A stretch of 64,000 nt of DNA from Cyanobacteriota bacterium (GCA_046052125.1 JBJOMY010000003.1:256001-320000), one strand, 5' to 3'. Counted from the stretch's first letter, positions 1-10,503 are shown. The notes: generated by a model not told the origin, from the letters alone. Numbers and translations are program-made.

Positions 1-389
1 CTCATACCCGAGCAATCGAGCCGCTCGAAGGCTTGATGCACCAGGCCCGCATCGAGGTGGCAGAGATCGCCGGTGCGGATCTGAACGGCGCGGGCGCCAG
101 CAGCTTGCAGCCGGAGGGCGTCGTTGTCGGTGGCGAGATCACCCACGATCACGCCAAGGGGTGGGCGCGACCAGCGACGGGCCAGCTGCTCCAGCAGAGC
201 CGTTTTGCCGGATCCCGGTGCCGAGAGCAGGTTTACGGCCGTGAGGCCATGGGCTTGGAAATGGGCGCGGTTATGGGCGGCTTGGCTGTCGTTGCGGCTG
301 AGCAGGCCTTGATGCAACTCGAGCCGCTGGTGCTCAGGCGCGGCATTGGGCGCTGTGGAGGGTTTGTCGCAGCCGCACACTCCGCACAC
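1..389 (-). CDS. hypB: Hydrogenase nickel incorporation GTPase HypB (5' part; runs off window start)
   Basis: Translated by hand: GTG at 389 directly after the hypA stop gives MCGVCGC (CxxCGC Ni site), then NLLSAPGSGKT (P-loop), GDLATDND and TGDLCHLDA. Confidence 0.93.
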   Translation of the reverse strand, partial: MCGVCGCDKPSTAPNAAPEHQRLELHQGLLSRNDSQAAHNRAHFQAHGLTAVNLLSAPGSGKTALLEQLARRWSRPPLGVIVGDLATDNDALRLQAAGARAVQIRTGDLCHLDAGLVHQAFERLDCSGM

Positions 390-731
390 CTACGACACCT
401 CCAGGGCCACTAGCTCCAGTTCGCGGCCCTCCAACACCTGGTTGCTGAGCTGACCGCACTCGGGGCAGGCGTAGATCACATCCGCCGGGCTGAAGGGTTG
501 TTCACAGTGTGGGCAGAAACAACGGGTTGGCACCACCTGCAGATCCAGCTCGGCGTGCTGCCAGGGAGCGGTTGAGGCCATAACGGCGAAGGCCTGGCGC
601 AGCGCATCCGCATCCACACCGCCGAGCTCGCCGATGCGCAGCTCCAGTCGATGAATGTGCCGCGCACCCTGCTGCGCCGCTGCAGCGCTGGCGAGTGCGC
701 AGAGCTCTTGGATCAGCGCCAGCTCATGCAT
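390..731 (-). CDS. hypA: Hydrogenase maturation nickel metallochaperone HypA
   Basis: MHE N-terminus at ATG 731, two CxxC motifs (CPHC, CPEC), and a GRELEL end. Confidence 0.95.
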   Translation of the reverse strand: MHELALIQELCALASAAAAQQGARHIHRLELRIGELGGVDADALRQAFAVMASTAPWQHAELDLQVVPTRCFCPHCEQPFSPADVIYACPECGQLSNQVLEGRELELVALEVS

Positions 732-1194
732 GGCTCGCCCCCCAGGCCAGCACCAGCGGCAGGGCGGCAGAGCTGGTGCGATCTGCCGCAGGAGAGAGCC
801 CCTCACCGATCTCCCACACCTGGCCGGGGATCAGCAATTCCCAGGCCGGCGGGCAGTGGCCATAAAGGGCGGAGGTGAGGGCCAGCAGTCGGGTGGGGCT
901 GAGCCCATGGCTGAGGGGTTCCGCTCCGGCCTGGGCCACCTGTTCCGCCGCGATGGGTCGCAGGGATGGCGCTTCGCCGCCATCCTCACTGTCAGCGGTG
1001 CTGGCATCGATAAACAGCACAGCCCTAGCGGCGCCAACAGCGGCCGCCAGCTCCGGGGTGAGTTGCTGGCAGGCCAGCACGTGCATGGATGTGCGTTGGG
1101 CCTGCAGTTGCTCCGCAACCCAGAGGCCGGCGCCGTCGTCGCCGCGTAGACGGTTGCCAAAGCCGATCACCAGGGGAGAGGGCTTGGTCATCAC
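724..1194 (-). CDS. hoxW: Hydrogenase maturation endopeptidase HoxW
   Basis: [25 protein letters not shown] and SHG motifs; immediately downstream of hoxH. Confidence 0.92.
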   Translation of the reverse strand: MMTKPSPLVIGFGNRLRGDDGAGLWVAEQLQAQRTSMHVLACQQLTPELAAAVGAARAVLFIDASTADSEDGGEAPSLRPIAAEQVAQAGAEPLSHGLSPTRLLALTSALYGHCPPAWELLIPGQVWEIGEGLSPAADRTSSAALPLVLAWGASHA

Positions 1195-2663
1195 TCGCCG
1201 CGCCGCCGCTCCTCGAGCAGTTCACCTTCGGCGCTGAACAGCTGAACCTGCAGCGGCATCGCTCCGGCCGCATGGGTGCTGCAGGAGAGGCAGGGATCAA
1301 AGCAGCGGATTCCAGCTTCCACTCGGTTCAGCAGCGCTTCGCTGAGGTTGGTGCCGCTGAGGTAGTGCCGCGCGATCTGGGTGATCGTGCGGTTCATGGC
1401 GCTGTTGTTCTGGCCGGTGGCGATGATCAGATTCACGCGCTCGATCAGGCCGTTTGCATCCACGCGGTAGTGGTGCAGCAAGGTGCCGCGCGGTGCCTCA
1501 CTCACCCCGACGGCCTCGTGGCAGTTCACCCCCGCGCGGGCCCGCACATGGGTTGCCGTGATCTCGGGATCGTCGAGCAGGTGCTCCATCTGCTCCAGGC
1601 AGGCCACGATCTCAATCAAGCGGGCCAGGTGATTCAGAAACGAGGCGGTCACCACCCGACCACCGCGCTGCCTCAGTTCCAGCAGCTCTCGATCGGCTCG
1701 CTCGGTGCCGATGCGCTCGCAGAGGTTGAGCCGGGCCAGTGGTCCCACCCGGTAGCTGCCGGCTTCTGGGCCCAGGTGCTTGATGTACGGGAATTTCAGA
1801 TAGCTCCATGGCTCGACCGCCTCGGCCAAAAAGGAGGCGTAGTCGTCTTCCTGGAGGCCATCGGCCACCAGGGAGCCGTCGCTGGCCATCACGCGGATCC
1901 CGCCGCAGTTGCGCCCGCCTGAATGCTCCCAAAGGCCATCGCGATTCACCAGACCCATGAACAGCGACGGGAACTGGCCGAACACCTCCAGCTCCTCTTG
2001 TAGCTGGCTGTCGAGCAACTGTTTGAACAGGGTCAGCCCCTGTGCTGCGATGGCGAAGGCCTCCGGCAGCCCTGCGCGGATCTGGTCGCGGGTCTCGGCG
2101 TTCAGGGGGCTACGCACCCCACCGGGCACGGCCCAGGCGGCGTGGATTTTGCGGCCCCCAAGGGCTTCGATCACTCCCTGGCCGAACTGGCGCAGGCGGA
2201 TGCCACCGCGGGCCAGCTCGGGGTTGGCGGCAATCAGCCCGAAAATGTTGCGCCGTTCGGGGTCGCTGTCCCAGCCCAGCAGGAAATCAGGGCTGCTCAG
2301 ATGGAAGAACGAGAGCGCGTGCGACTGGGTGATCTGCGCCAGGTTCATCAGCCGCCGCAACTTCTCTGCGGCCGGCGGAATCGTGACTGCCAAGAGCTTG
2401 TCGCCGGTGGCGGCCGCCGCCAGCAGGTGGCTCACTGGACAGATGCCGCAGATCCGGGCGGTGATCGCTGCCATTTCCGTGAATGGCCTGCCCTCGCAGA
2501 ACTTCTCGAACCCCCGGTATTCCGTGACGTGGAAGCGGGCGGTGTCCACCGCGCCCTGGTCGTCCAGGTGGATCGAGATCTTGGCGTGACCCTCGATTCG
2601 AGTCACCGGATCGATCGTGATCCGCCGGGTGGGGGTTGGTTCGGGGCCTGGTGGAGCGGTCAT
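1191..2663 (-). CDS. hoxH: Bidirectional [NiFe] hydrogenase large subunit HoxH
   Basis: [17 protein letters not shown] (L1) and [10 protein letters not shown] (L2) followed by a cleavable tail; start placed at ATG 2663. Confidence 0.97.
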   Translation of the reverse strand: MTAPPGPEPTPTRRITIDPVTRIEGHAKISIHLDDQGAVDTARFHVTEYRGFEKFCEGRPFTEMAAITARICGICPVSHLLAAAATGDKLLAVTIPPAAEKLRRLMNLAQITQSHALSFFHLSSPDFLLGWDSDPERRNIFGLIAANPELARGGIRLRQFGQGVIEALGGRKIHAAWAVPGGVRSPLNAETRDQIRAGLPEAFAIAAQGLTLFKQLLDSQLQEELEVFGQFPSLFMGLVNRDGLWEHSGGRNCGGIRVMASDGSLVADGLQEDDYASFLAEAVEPWSYLKFPYIKHLGPEAGSYRVGPLARLNLCERIGTERADRELLELRQRGGRVVTASFLNHLARLIEIVACLEQMEHLLDDPEITATHVRARAGVNCHEAVGVSEAPRGTLLHHYRVDANGLIERVNLIIATGQNNSAMNRTITQIARHYLSGTNLSEALLNRVEAGIRCFDPCLSCSTHAAGAMPLQVQLFSAEGELLEERRRGE

Positions 2664-2673
2664 GTTGATGGCC

Positions 2674-3237
2674 TCAACCGAAGCGGATCTGATCGCTGCC
2701 GCTGAGTTGCGGTTGCTCACCGCGCAGCAACGGCTCCAGCGCTGCTCGGATCCGTTCCGCTGAAGGCGGGCAGCCGGGGAGATACACCTCCACCGGCACC
2801 AACTCATGCACCGGGAGCACCCGCTCCAGGAGCTCCGGCACGATCCCGGGCGCATGGGGCAGCTGGCCGCTGCCATCGGCCAATTCCAGGTAGCCCCGCC
2901 GCAGCACCGGATCACTGCCCCGCAGCATGTTGCGCATGCCTGGGATGTTGGCGGTGATGGCGCAGTCGCCGAAGCTCACCAGGGTTCGGGTGTTAGCCCG
3001 CACCTGATGCAGCAGCGCAAGGTTGTCGGTGTTGGCCACGCCCCCCTCCACCAGGGCGATGTCCACATCGCGGGGGTAGATCTTTTGGTCGGATGCCACC
3101 GGGCTGTAGACGATCTCAGCCAGCTGGGCGAGCTCGAGTAGCCACTCGTCGAGATCGAGAAACGACATGTGGCAGCCGGAGCAGCCCGCCAGCCACACCG
3201 TGGCCAGCCTCACTTTGTGCGGAGCCGTGTTGCTCAT
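2674..3237 (-). CDS. hoxY: Bidirectional hydrogenase small subunit HoxY
   Basis: [16 protein letters not shown] and LPGCPP motifs; start ATG 3237. Confidence 0.96.
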   Translation of the reverse strand: MSNTAPHKVRLATVWLAGCSGCHMSFLDLDEWLLELAQLAEIVYSPVASDQKIYPRDVDIALVEGGVANTDNLALLHQVRANTRTLVSFGDCAITANIPGMRNMLRGSDPVLRRGYLELADGSGQLPHAPGIVPELLERVLPVHELVPVEVYLPGCPPSAERIRAALEPLLRGEQPQLSGSDQIRFG

Positions 3238-3965
3238 GGCGTCCACTGCTGCTGGGTGCGTGCTTGCACCAGCGCCTGCAGCCGCTCGGGGTGGCCCTGT
3301 TTCTCTTCGCTGGTGTCGGCCTTGTGGAACAGCGCACCCGTGGGGCAGACATCCACGCACTTACCGCAGTGGGTGCAGGCCTGCACCTCGCCCCAGGGTT
3401 CGCCCAGGCCGCTGATGATCTGGCAATGCTCGCCCCGCCAGCCCACATCCCACACGTGAGCTCCCTCCACCTCATCACACACCCGCACGCAGCGGGTGCA
3501 GAGGATGCAGCGGTTGTGGTCGAGCCCGAACTGGGCATGGGAGAGATCAACGCTCCGCTCAGGGAAGCGGTAGGGCAGGCGGCTGTGGTCCATGCCCACC
3601 TCCACCGCCAGGTTCTGGAGTTCGCAGTGGCCGTTGGCCACGCAGATGGCACACACGTGGTTGCCTTCGGTGAACAACAGCTCGACCACCGTGCGGCGGA
3701 TCTCCTGCAGCTGAGGGGTTTCAGTGGTCACGTGCATGCCTTCGGCAGCGGCCGTGACACAGGCGGCCTGCAGGTGGGGGTCACCCTGCCCTTCCGATCC
3801 GCTCACCTCCACCAGGCAAAGCCGGCAGGCCGCCACCGCCGAAAGCCCATCGAGCTGGCAGAGGGTGGGGATGTGAATGCTGTGCTGGCGTGCGGCTTGC
3901 AGCAGCGTTGTGCCCGCAGGCACAGCCACATCACAGTTGTTGATCCGCAGGGTGACCACGCTCAC
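3234..3965 (-). CDS. hoxU: Diaphorase Fe-S subunit HoxU
   Basis: IPTLC, ACRLCLVE, HVCAICVANGHC, RCILCTRCVRVC and CTHCGKCVDVCP; GTG 3965 overlaps the hoxF stop. Confidence 0.95.
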   Translation of the reverse strand: MSVVTLRINNCDVAVPAGTTLLQAARQHSIHIPTLCQLDGLSAVAACRLCLVEVSGSEGQGDPHLQAACVTAAAEGMHVTTETPQLQEIRRTVVELLFTEGNHVCAICVANGHCELQNLAVEVGMDHSRLPYRFPERSVDLSHAQFGLDHNRCILCTRCVRVCDEVEGAHVWDVGWRGEHCQIISGLGEPWGEVQACTHCGKCVDVCPTGALFHKADTSEEKQGHPERLQALVQARTQQQWTP

Positions 3966-5530
3966 GGCCCGACCTCCGCTGGCTCGAGCAGGGCCAGATA
4001 GTCGCCACGGAAATGGCGCAGGGTGCTGAGCACCGGCTTTGGAGCGCTCTGGCCCAGGCCGCAGAGGCTGGAGGCGGCCACGGTGTGGCACAGCGATTCC
4101 AGCTGGCTCAGATCCGCCAGGCAGCCCCGCCGCTCCAGCAGCTTCCGCAGCAGCAGTTCCAGTTGAACGGTGCCAGCGCGGCAGGGGATGCACTTGCCGC
4201 AGGATTCCTCGCGGCTGAAGGCGATGAAAAAGGCGGCGATGTCCACCATGTTGGTGGACTCATCCATCACCACCATTCCGCCTGAGCCCATGATCGTGCC
4301 AAGGCTCTTGAGGCTCTCGTAGTCCACGGGTGTGTCGAGGGCGCTGGCCGGAACGCAGCCGCCAGACGGGCCTCCGGTTTGCACCGCTTTGATCCGCCGG
4401 CCCGGGGGTGCCCCGCCGCCCATCGTCTCCACGATCGTGCGGAGTGTGGTGCCGATCGGCACCTCCAGCACGCCGCTGCGGCGCACATGGCCGGTGAGGG
4501 AGAACACCTTCGTACCGCTGCCGTAGGCCTCCACCCCCAGGCGCAGCAGGGCCGGAATCGTGCCGAAGGTTTCCACGTTGTTGATCAGGGTGGGCCTTCC
4601 GAACACGCCGCGCTCAGCCGGGTAGGGGGGCCGCGGCCGCGGAACCCCCCGCTGGCCCTCGATCGAGTGGATTAACGCTGTTTCCTCACCGCACACATAG
4701 GCGCCTGCCCCAACGCGCAGGTCGATGTCAAAGCTGAAACGGCTCCCTGCAATCGCCGCTCCGAGAAAGCCGCGGGCCTTGGCTGCTGCGATCGCTGCCT
4801 GCAGCCGCTCGATCGCCAGCGGATATTCCGCCCGCACGTAGATGAAGCCCTGTTCGGCTCCAACCGCAAACGCCGCGATCGCCATCCCCTCCAGCAGTGT
4901 GTGGGGATCCCCTTCCATCAAGGTGCGATCCATGAAGGCACCCGGGTCGCCCTCGTCGGCATTGCACACCACCACTTTCGTGTCGCCGGGCATGGCGGCC
5001 ACCGTGGCCCACTTCAGCCCCGTGGGGTAGCCGGCTCCCCCGCGGCCTCGCAGGCCGCTGCGGCGCACCGTATCGATCACCGACGCGGGGTTGTTCTGCT
5101 CCAGCACGCGCTCCAGCTGCTGATAGGCGCCGGCGGCCAGGGCATCGTCGATGCGGCCGGGATCGATGCGGCCGCACTGGGCCAGCACCAGCCGCCGTTG
5201 CAATCGCAGAAACGGCTCGTCGGGGTGAATGGCTCTGCTGCCTGGGGGATTCCAGTGGCTCAGCTCTCGATCCGTGGCGAGGGCCGCGTTGAGCGATTGG
5301 GCAACCTGCTGGCTAACGCCCTGTTCCAACGACAGCAAGCGGCTGTTGTGCTGTCCGTCGCCGTCAACGTCGATGCTGATCAGGGGGCCATCGCTGCAGG
5401 GGCCAAGGCAACCCACCTCCTTCACGCGCAACCCTCTGGGGCTGGCCGCGGCGGCGAGCTTTTGCTCGAGCTGCTTGCCGCCGCGGCTGCGGCAACTGGC
5501 CGCTGTGCACACCCGCAGGCAGCTGCCCAT
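3962..5530 (-). CDS. hoxF: Diaphorase FMN/NAD-binding subunit HoxF
   Basis: N-terminal thioredoxin-like 2Fe-2S domain, SGLRGRGGAGYPTG, CNADEGDPGAFMDR, GAGAYVCGEETAL and ESCGKCIPCR. Confidence 0.96.
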   Translation of the reverse strand: MGSCLRVCTAASCRSRGGKQLEQKLAAAASPRGLRVKEVGCLGPCSDGPLISIDVDGDGQHNSRLLSLEQGVSQQVAQSLNAALATDRELSHWNPPGSRAIHPDEPFLRLQRRLVLAQCGRIDPGRIDDALAAGAYQQLERVLEQNNPASVIDTVRRSGLRGRGGAGYPTGLKWATVAAMPGDTKVVVCNADEGDPGAFMDRTLMEGDPHTLLEGMAIAAFAVGAEQGFIYVRAEYPLAIERLQAAIAAAKARGFLGAAIAGSRFSFDIDLRVGAGAYVCGEETALIHSIEGQRGVPRPRPPYPAERGVFGRPTLINNVETFGTIPALLRLGVEAYGSGTKVFSLTGHVRRSGVLEVPIGTTLRTIVETMGGGAPPGRRIKAVQTGGPSGGCVPASALDTPVDYESLKSLGTIMGSGGMVVMDESTNMVDIAAFFIAFSREESCGKCIPCRAGTVQLELLLRKLLERRGCLADLSQLESLCHTVAASSLCGLGQSAPKPVLSTLRHFRGDYLALLEPAEVGP

Positions 5531-5994
5531 CACCTCAGCTCCCGCAAGCGCTGCAGCACTGAGCTGCCGCTCTGGTGATTCCACACCTCTCCATCCACCA
5601 CCACCAAAGGGGCACCGCTGCAGGTGCCGATGCAGCGCACGGTGCCCAGCTCCACGCCGAGCTCCTGCAGTGGCGCGCGCTGCAGCTCCTGCAGCAGGGG
5701 CGCCGCCCCCTGCACATGACAGGCGGTCCCTGTGCACACCAGGCAGCTGTGGCGTGCTGCTGGCTGGAAGCGAAACAGGTGATAGAAGCTGGCGGTGCCC
5801 TGCACCCGGCTGAAGGGCAGGTGCAGCCGCCGGGCGATATGGCGCAGCAACGGTTCGCTCAGATGGCCGTAATGCTGCTGGGCACTGTTGAGCACTTCGA
5901 TCAGGGCGTGCGCCTGATGGCCATGGCGTTGCAGCACAGGCTCGAGAGCAGCAAAGGCGGCTTCAGTGCTGAAGCCCGGCTTCAACGTCGGCAT
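5530..5994 (-). CDS. hoxE: Diaphorase 2Fe-2S subunit HoxE
   Basis: NuoE-like: ASFYHLF, VCTGTACHV and RCIGTCSGAP. Confidence 0.94.
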   Translation of the reverse strand: MPTLKPGFSTEAAFAALEPVLQRHGHQAHALIEVLNSAQQHYGHLSEPLLRHIARRLHLPFSRVQGTASFYHLFRFQPAARHSCLVCTGTACHVQGAAPLLQELQRAPLQELGVELGTVRCIGTCSGAPLVVVDGEVWNHQSGSSVLQRLRELR

Positions 5995-6070
5995 GGCACG
6001 CCCCGGCCTGCTGTTTGCAAGCTAGGGAGGGCGGCCCGATCTGGCAGCTGCTGGAGCGCAGCGGTGTTGT

Positions 6071-8473
6071 TCAGCCCTGGTTGAGCTGCGCTTCGATGGC
6101 CGCCACCTTCAGGCGGGTGTTGATCACGGCGTCGGGGTTGAGGCTGATTGAGTCGATGCCTTCACGCACCAGCAGTTCGGCGAATTCCGGATGGTCGCTG
6201 GGGGCCTGGCCGCAGATGCCGATCTTGCGGCCGCAGCGTTTGGCGGTGCGGATCGCCATCCGAATCAGCTCCACCACAGCTTGGTTGCGCTCGTCGAATA
6301 GATCCGCCACCAGGGCCGAGTCACGGTCGAGCCCCAGGGTCAGCTGGGTGAGGTCGTTGGAGCCGATCGAGAAGCCATCAAAGCGTTCGGCAAACGCCTC
6401 GGCCGCGATCACATTGCTGGGGAGCTCACACATCACGTACAACTCCAGGCCGTTGTCTCCACGCACCAGTCCCTGGCGTGCCATCTCCGCCAGCACCCGA
6501 TCGCCCTCCTCGGGCGTGCGGCAGAAGGGCACCATTGGGATCACGTTGGTGAGCCCCATCTGCTCGCGTACGCGCCGCAGGGCGCGGCATTCCAGGGCAA
6601 ATGCCTCACGGAAGCCGGGTGCGTAATAGCGAGAGGCACCGCGCCAGCCGATCATCGGGTTCTCTTCGTTGGGCTCAAAGCTGCTGCCCCCGAGCAACTT
6701 GGCGTATTCATTGCTCTTGAAATCCGAGAAGCGCAGGATCACCGGACGGGGATGAAAGGCCGCGGCTAGCCGAGCCATGCCCTGGGCCAGCAGATCCACG
6801 TAGTAGTCGGCGGGATGGGCGTAGCCGGCTGTGAGGGCTGCGATCGCTTCGCGTTCGGCTGGATCCCGCAGCCGCTCGGGCTGCAGCAGGGCCATCGGGT
6901 GCACGCGGATGTGGTTGGCGATCACGAATTCCAGGCGCGCCAGACCAACGCCATCACAGGGGATGGCTGCCTGGCTGAAGGCCTCTTCGGGATTGCCCAC
7001 ATTCATCAGGATGCGGGTGCGTGTACTGGGCAGTTCGCCGATGTCGCGTTCGTCGACGCGGAACGCCAGGGCACCGCGATACACCCGCCCCTCATCTCCC
7101 TCACAGCAGCTGGCGGTGATCGTGTCGCCATCGCTGATGCGCTCGGTGGCATCGCCGGCGCCCACGATCGCGGTGATACCCATCTCGCGGGCAATGATCG
7201 CTGCGTGGCAGGTGCGGCCGCCCTGGTTGGTGATCACGCCGCTGGCCCGTTTGAGGATCGGTTCCCAATCCGGGTCGGTGCGCTCGGTGACGAGCAGATC
7301 CCCGGTTTGGAAGCGCTGGATTTCGCTGGGGTGCCGCAGGATTCGGGCTCGGCCGCTGCTCACGGAAGCGCCAATCGCTCGGCCGGTGCAGAGCAGTTCT
7401 GCCTGGTGTGGTTCCAGATGCCAGCTGCGCAGCAGGTTGGTGCTGCGGCGCGATTCCACCGTTTCCGGCCTGGCCTGCAGGATGAACAGCTCACCGCTGA
7501 TGCCGTCCTTGGCCCATTCGATGTCCATCGGTGTGGGCTGCCCGCGGCGCTCGCTGTAGTGCCGCTCGATCCGGCAGGCCCAGCGCGCCAGTTGCAGAGC
7601 TTCCTCTTGGCTGAGGGCGTAGCGCGTGCGATCTTCCGCAGGAACCTCCACGTTGCGAGTGGAGCCCTGATCGCCGTAGATCATCCGGATCGCCTTGCTG
7701 CCGAGCCGTTGGCTCAGGATTGGCGCGAAGCCCTGCTCCAGGGTGGGTTTGAAGATCAGATATTCATCGGGGTTTACCGCCCCTTGCACCACGTTTTCGC
7801 CCAAGCCGTAAGCGGCCGTGAGCAGCACGGCATTGCGGAAGCCTGTTTCCGTATCGATGCTGAACATCACGCCTGAGCAGGCCCGATCGGCGCGCACCAT
7901 CCGCTGCACGCCGATCGAGAGCGCCACCTCGAAGTGATCGAAGCCGTTGATCTGGCGGTAGGAGATGGCGCGATCGGTGAACAGAGACGCGAAGCAGCGC
8001 CGGCAGGCCGCCAGCAACGCCGCCTCGCCCTGCACGTTGAGGTAGGTCTCCTGTTGGCCAGCGAAGGAGGCGTCGGGCAGGTCTTCGGCGGTGGCGCTGG
8101 AGCGCACCGCCACGGACGCTGCCTCAGAGGCTCCTGCAACATCCAGTTGCCGGTAGGCCTGCAGGATCGCCTGCTCGAGATCAGGTGGCAGAGCAGCGTT
8201 CAGCAGTAAGGAGCGGGCCGCTGTGCCGGCAGCCTGAAGCTGAGCGATGTCATGGCCATCCAGTCCATCAAGGATGGTGTGCAGCTCCTGCTGCAGCTGT
8301 CCGCTGCTGATGAAGTGCCGGTAGGCCGCTGCGGTGGTGGCGAAGCCGCCGGGAACCCTCACCCCCTCCGCCGATAGCTCGCGGATCATCTCCCCCAGGG
8401 AGGCGTTCTTGCCCCCTACATCGCCGATGGCCTCAAGGCCAACGGCCTCAAGGGGGACAACCAGCTCAGCCAC
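6071..8473 (-). CDS. ppsA: Phosphoenolpyruvate synthase
   Basis: VGGKNASLGEM, VRSSATAEDLP.ASFAGQQET, GGRTCHAAI (phospho-His) and DGFSIGSNDLTQ; 800 aa. Confidence 0.97.
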   Translation of the reverse strand: MAELVVPLEAVGLEAIGDVGGKNASLGEMIRELSAEGVRVPGGFATTAAAYRHFISSGQLQQELHTILDGLDGHDIAQLQAAGTAARSLLLNAALPPDLEQAILQAYRQLDVAGASEAASVAVRSSATAEDLPDASFAGQQETYLNVQGEAALLAACRRCFASLFTDRAISYRQINGFDHFEVALSIGVQRMVRADRACSGVMFSIDTETGFRNAVLLTAAYGLGENVVQGAVNPDEYLIFKPTLEQGFAPILSQRLGSKAIRMIYGDQGSTRNVEVPAEDRTRYALSQEEALQLARWACRIERHYSERRGQPTPMDIEWAKDGISGELFILQARPETVESRRSTNLLRSWHLEPHQAELLCTGRAIGASVSSGRARILRHPSEIQRFQTGDLLVTERTDPDWEPILKRASGVITNQGGRTCHAAIIAREMGITAIVGAGDATERISDGDTITASCCEGDEGRVYRGALAFRVDERDIGELPSTRTRILMNVGNPEEAFSQAAIPCDGVGLARLEFVIANHIRVHPMALLQPERLRDPAEREAIAALTAGYAHPADYYVDLLAQGMARLAAAFHPRPVILRFSDFKSNEYAKLLGGSSFEPNEENPMIGWRGASRYYAPGFREAFALECRALRRVREQMGLTNVIPMVPFCRTPEEGDRVLAEMARQGLVRGDNGLELYVMCELPSNVIAAEAFAERFDGFSIGSNDLTQLTLGLDRDSALVADLFDERNQAVVELIRMAIRTAKRCGRKIGICGQAPSDHPEFAELLVREGIDSISLNPDAVINTRLKVAAIEAQLNQG

Positions 8474-9647
8474 GGCTCAGTTGCAGCCGGGCCGACGGCG
8501 GCACCGCAGGCCCCAGGTCGAACTGACTGCTGGCCGCTTCCGGCCGCACCTTGGTCCCCTGGGCCCGCAGCTTCAGGGCCGTGCAGAGCGGTTGGGGTTT
8601 GGCATTGGCGCTGAACCACTGCAGATCCCACCCCGCACGGCCTCCTGCGTTCACAGCTGCCAGAGCCGCCATCAGGCCGCTGTCGTAGCCAGCGCTTTCC
8701 ACCACGCCAGGCTTGTAGCCCCAGCGCTGCTCAAAGCGTTGGGCAAAGGGCTTCCAACCGGGGCCGCGGCTCAGGGGCAGCACGCCGATCTGCTCGATCG
8801 CGAGGGGCTTCTCCACTGGCGCAGTCCAGGCCAGCAGCATCGTTTGGGGCCAGCGGGTGGCGCGCACGGCTTGCCCCAGCTCACTCCCGGGCTGCGTGAT
8901 CACCACCAAAGCCGGCGGCCGGTACCAATCCACATCACTGGCCAGTTGCTCCAGGGCGGCCTTGTCATCGCCGGCCAGCGCGATCGGTTCGGCCGTCGGG
9001 CCGATCACTTGGCCGTTGCCGTTGGCAAAGCTGGTCACAAACCGATCGGAGAGGGTCCGGCTTTCGCTGCTGCGATCGCGCACCACCATCACCCGCTTGA
9101 TCTGCTGCCCCTGCAGCGCCTGGGCAAGGCGGTCAGCCTCCAGGCTGCGGCCGGGCATTAAGGGCCAAAGACGATCGGAGCCCCGCAGCTGCGGCAAGCC
9201 ATCCAGCGACTGGCCGCGCTGCAGGGGCAGCAGCACATTCAGGCGTTGCTGATCAGCCAGCTGGCCATAGGCCGCAAGAGGTGCTGCCGGGGGGGCGAGC
9301 AGCAACGAGCTTCTAGGGGCCGCCTGCACCCGTGCGAGCGGATCAGCGCCGGGTGGGAGCCAACCCACCTGCAGCGATGGGGGTTCGCTGCCGCAACGGC
9401 GTGTTTCATCCATCGCCAGGCCATAACCACGCCGCAGCCCATCGCCCAAGCCTGCGAGCAGCCCTTCACTCGGCAGCAGCATGCGCACATCACTGCGCAG
9501 CGGTGTGCTGGCTGCCAGGGTTTGGCTGCCCAGCAGCGCGGCCAACAAACCAACGGCGCCAAGCCAGCGCGCAGGTGTCTCGCGGTTGCGCAGAACCCCC
9601 AGCGCAGCAGGCCGGGTGGCGGTGATCGGCTGTTCTGCAGTGGTCAT
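8466..9647 (-). CDS. Exported protein, periplasmic-binding-protein type 1-like
   Basis: Signal-like N-terminus, MLLPSEG...G...LRRGY and F..RF...GY.P....AGYD patterns seen in LivJ/LppC-like folds; its stop overlaps the ppsA start. Confidence 0.55.
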   Translation of the reverse strand: MTTAEQPITATRPAALGVLRNRETPARWLGAVGLLAALLGSQTLAASTPLRSDVRMLLPSEGLLAGLGDGLRRGYGLAMDETRRCGSEPPSLQVGWLPPGADPLARVQAAPRSSLLLAPPAAPLAAYGQLADQQRLNVLLPLQRGQSLDGLPQLRGSDRLWPLMPGRSLEADRLAQALQGQQIKRVMVVRDRSSESRTLSDRFVTSFANGNGQVIGPTAEPIALAGDDKAALEQLASDVDWYRPPALVVITQPGSELGQAVRATRWPQTMLLAWTAPVEKPLAIEQIGVLPLSRGPGWKPFAQRFEQRWGYKPGVVESAGYDSGLMAALAAVNAGGRAGWDLQWFSANAKPQPLCTALKLRAQGTKVRPEAASSQFDLGPAVPPSARLQLSRG

Positions 9648-9764
9648 GGAGTGGTCATGGCCGGCACCGTCCAGCCGTTGAAAGGTAGGTGGATTTCCCT
9701 GACTAGGCTCAGCCTTTCAACAGTTGATCGCATGCAGTCCCGCCTGAACGCCTGGGGCCACCAG

Positions 9765-10496
9765 ATGGGCTGCAGATTCGGCTCCGCTGTCAGCTCCCTG
9801 GTGCTGAGTGCTGGTCTGGCGGTGGCTGCTGCGGGCGTGGCGGCAGATCCGGCTCTGGCGATTCCTGAAGCCGAGGCGATCAAGAAGCTGCAGGTGGTGC
9901 CGGTGTTTGTGATCACCGACGCCAACGGTGTGCCCCTGCCGATTCCCCAGGAGAAACAGCTGGTGCTGCCGCTCTATTTAGAGAGCGCCAAGGCCAATCA
10001 AGAACTCGCCGCCCTCAACAAGAGCAACCCCAGCCTCAAGGCTGGGGTGGTGGCTCTGCCCCTCAACGTGATGAACGAGAAGGTGGTGGAGCTCAACAAG
10101 CAGCTCAAGGACAAGAGCAAGCCCCTGGTGGCTCCGATCCTGGGCAACGACGGTGATCGCACCCAGGCGATCAAGCTCCTCAAGGAGCAGGGCCTCACGG
10201 AGAAGCAGATCCGTGAGGGCCTGAATGTGCCGGTGTTCTTCACCAAACCCTTCCTCACGATCAAAACGCCCGAGGGTCCTCGCGGTGTGTTCTTCCTCAG
10301 CTACGAGAATCTCGAGAACGCCCTGGCCCAGATGCCTGTGGCTGAGCGTCAGAAGCTGAAGCCACAGGTGGCTGATCTCACCGCCGTGCTGCGCGAGATC
10401 ATCAACGCCCCCAATGACAACTACACGATCTTCCCGACCCCCGAGTACTTCCGTCTGGTGAAAGAGAACCAGGGCAAGACCAAGCCGGCCCAGTAA
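9765..10496 (+). CDS. Tic22 family periplasmic chaperone
   Basis: Signal peptide, then KKLQVVPVFVITDANGVPL and a second repeat NVPVFF...FFLSYENL; start uncertain (9732 or 9765). Confidence 0.8.
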   Translation: MGCRFGSAVSSLVLSAGLAVAAAGVAADPALAIPEAEAIKKLQVVPVFVITDANGVPLPIPQEKQLVLPLYLESAKANQELAALNKSNPSLKAGVVALPLNVMNEKVVELNKQLKDKSKPLVAPILGNDGDRTQAIKLLKEQGLTEKQIREGLNVPVFFTKPFLTIKTPEGPRGVFFLSYENLENALAQMPVAERQKLKPQVADLTAVLREIINAPNDNYTIFPTPEYFRLVKENQGKTKPAQ

Positions 10497-10503
10497 GTCA
10501 AGG

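Noticed and set aside
2664..5737. Long N-terminal extensions of the hoxH, hoxY, hoxU and hoxF ORFs in the ORF track
   Set aside because: They overlap the upstream hox gene in another frame; family-typical starts sit at the stop/start junctions, so no fusion or frameshift is needed.
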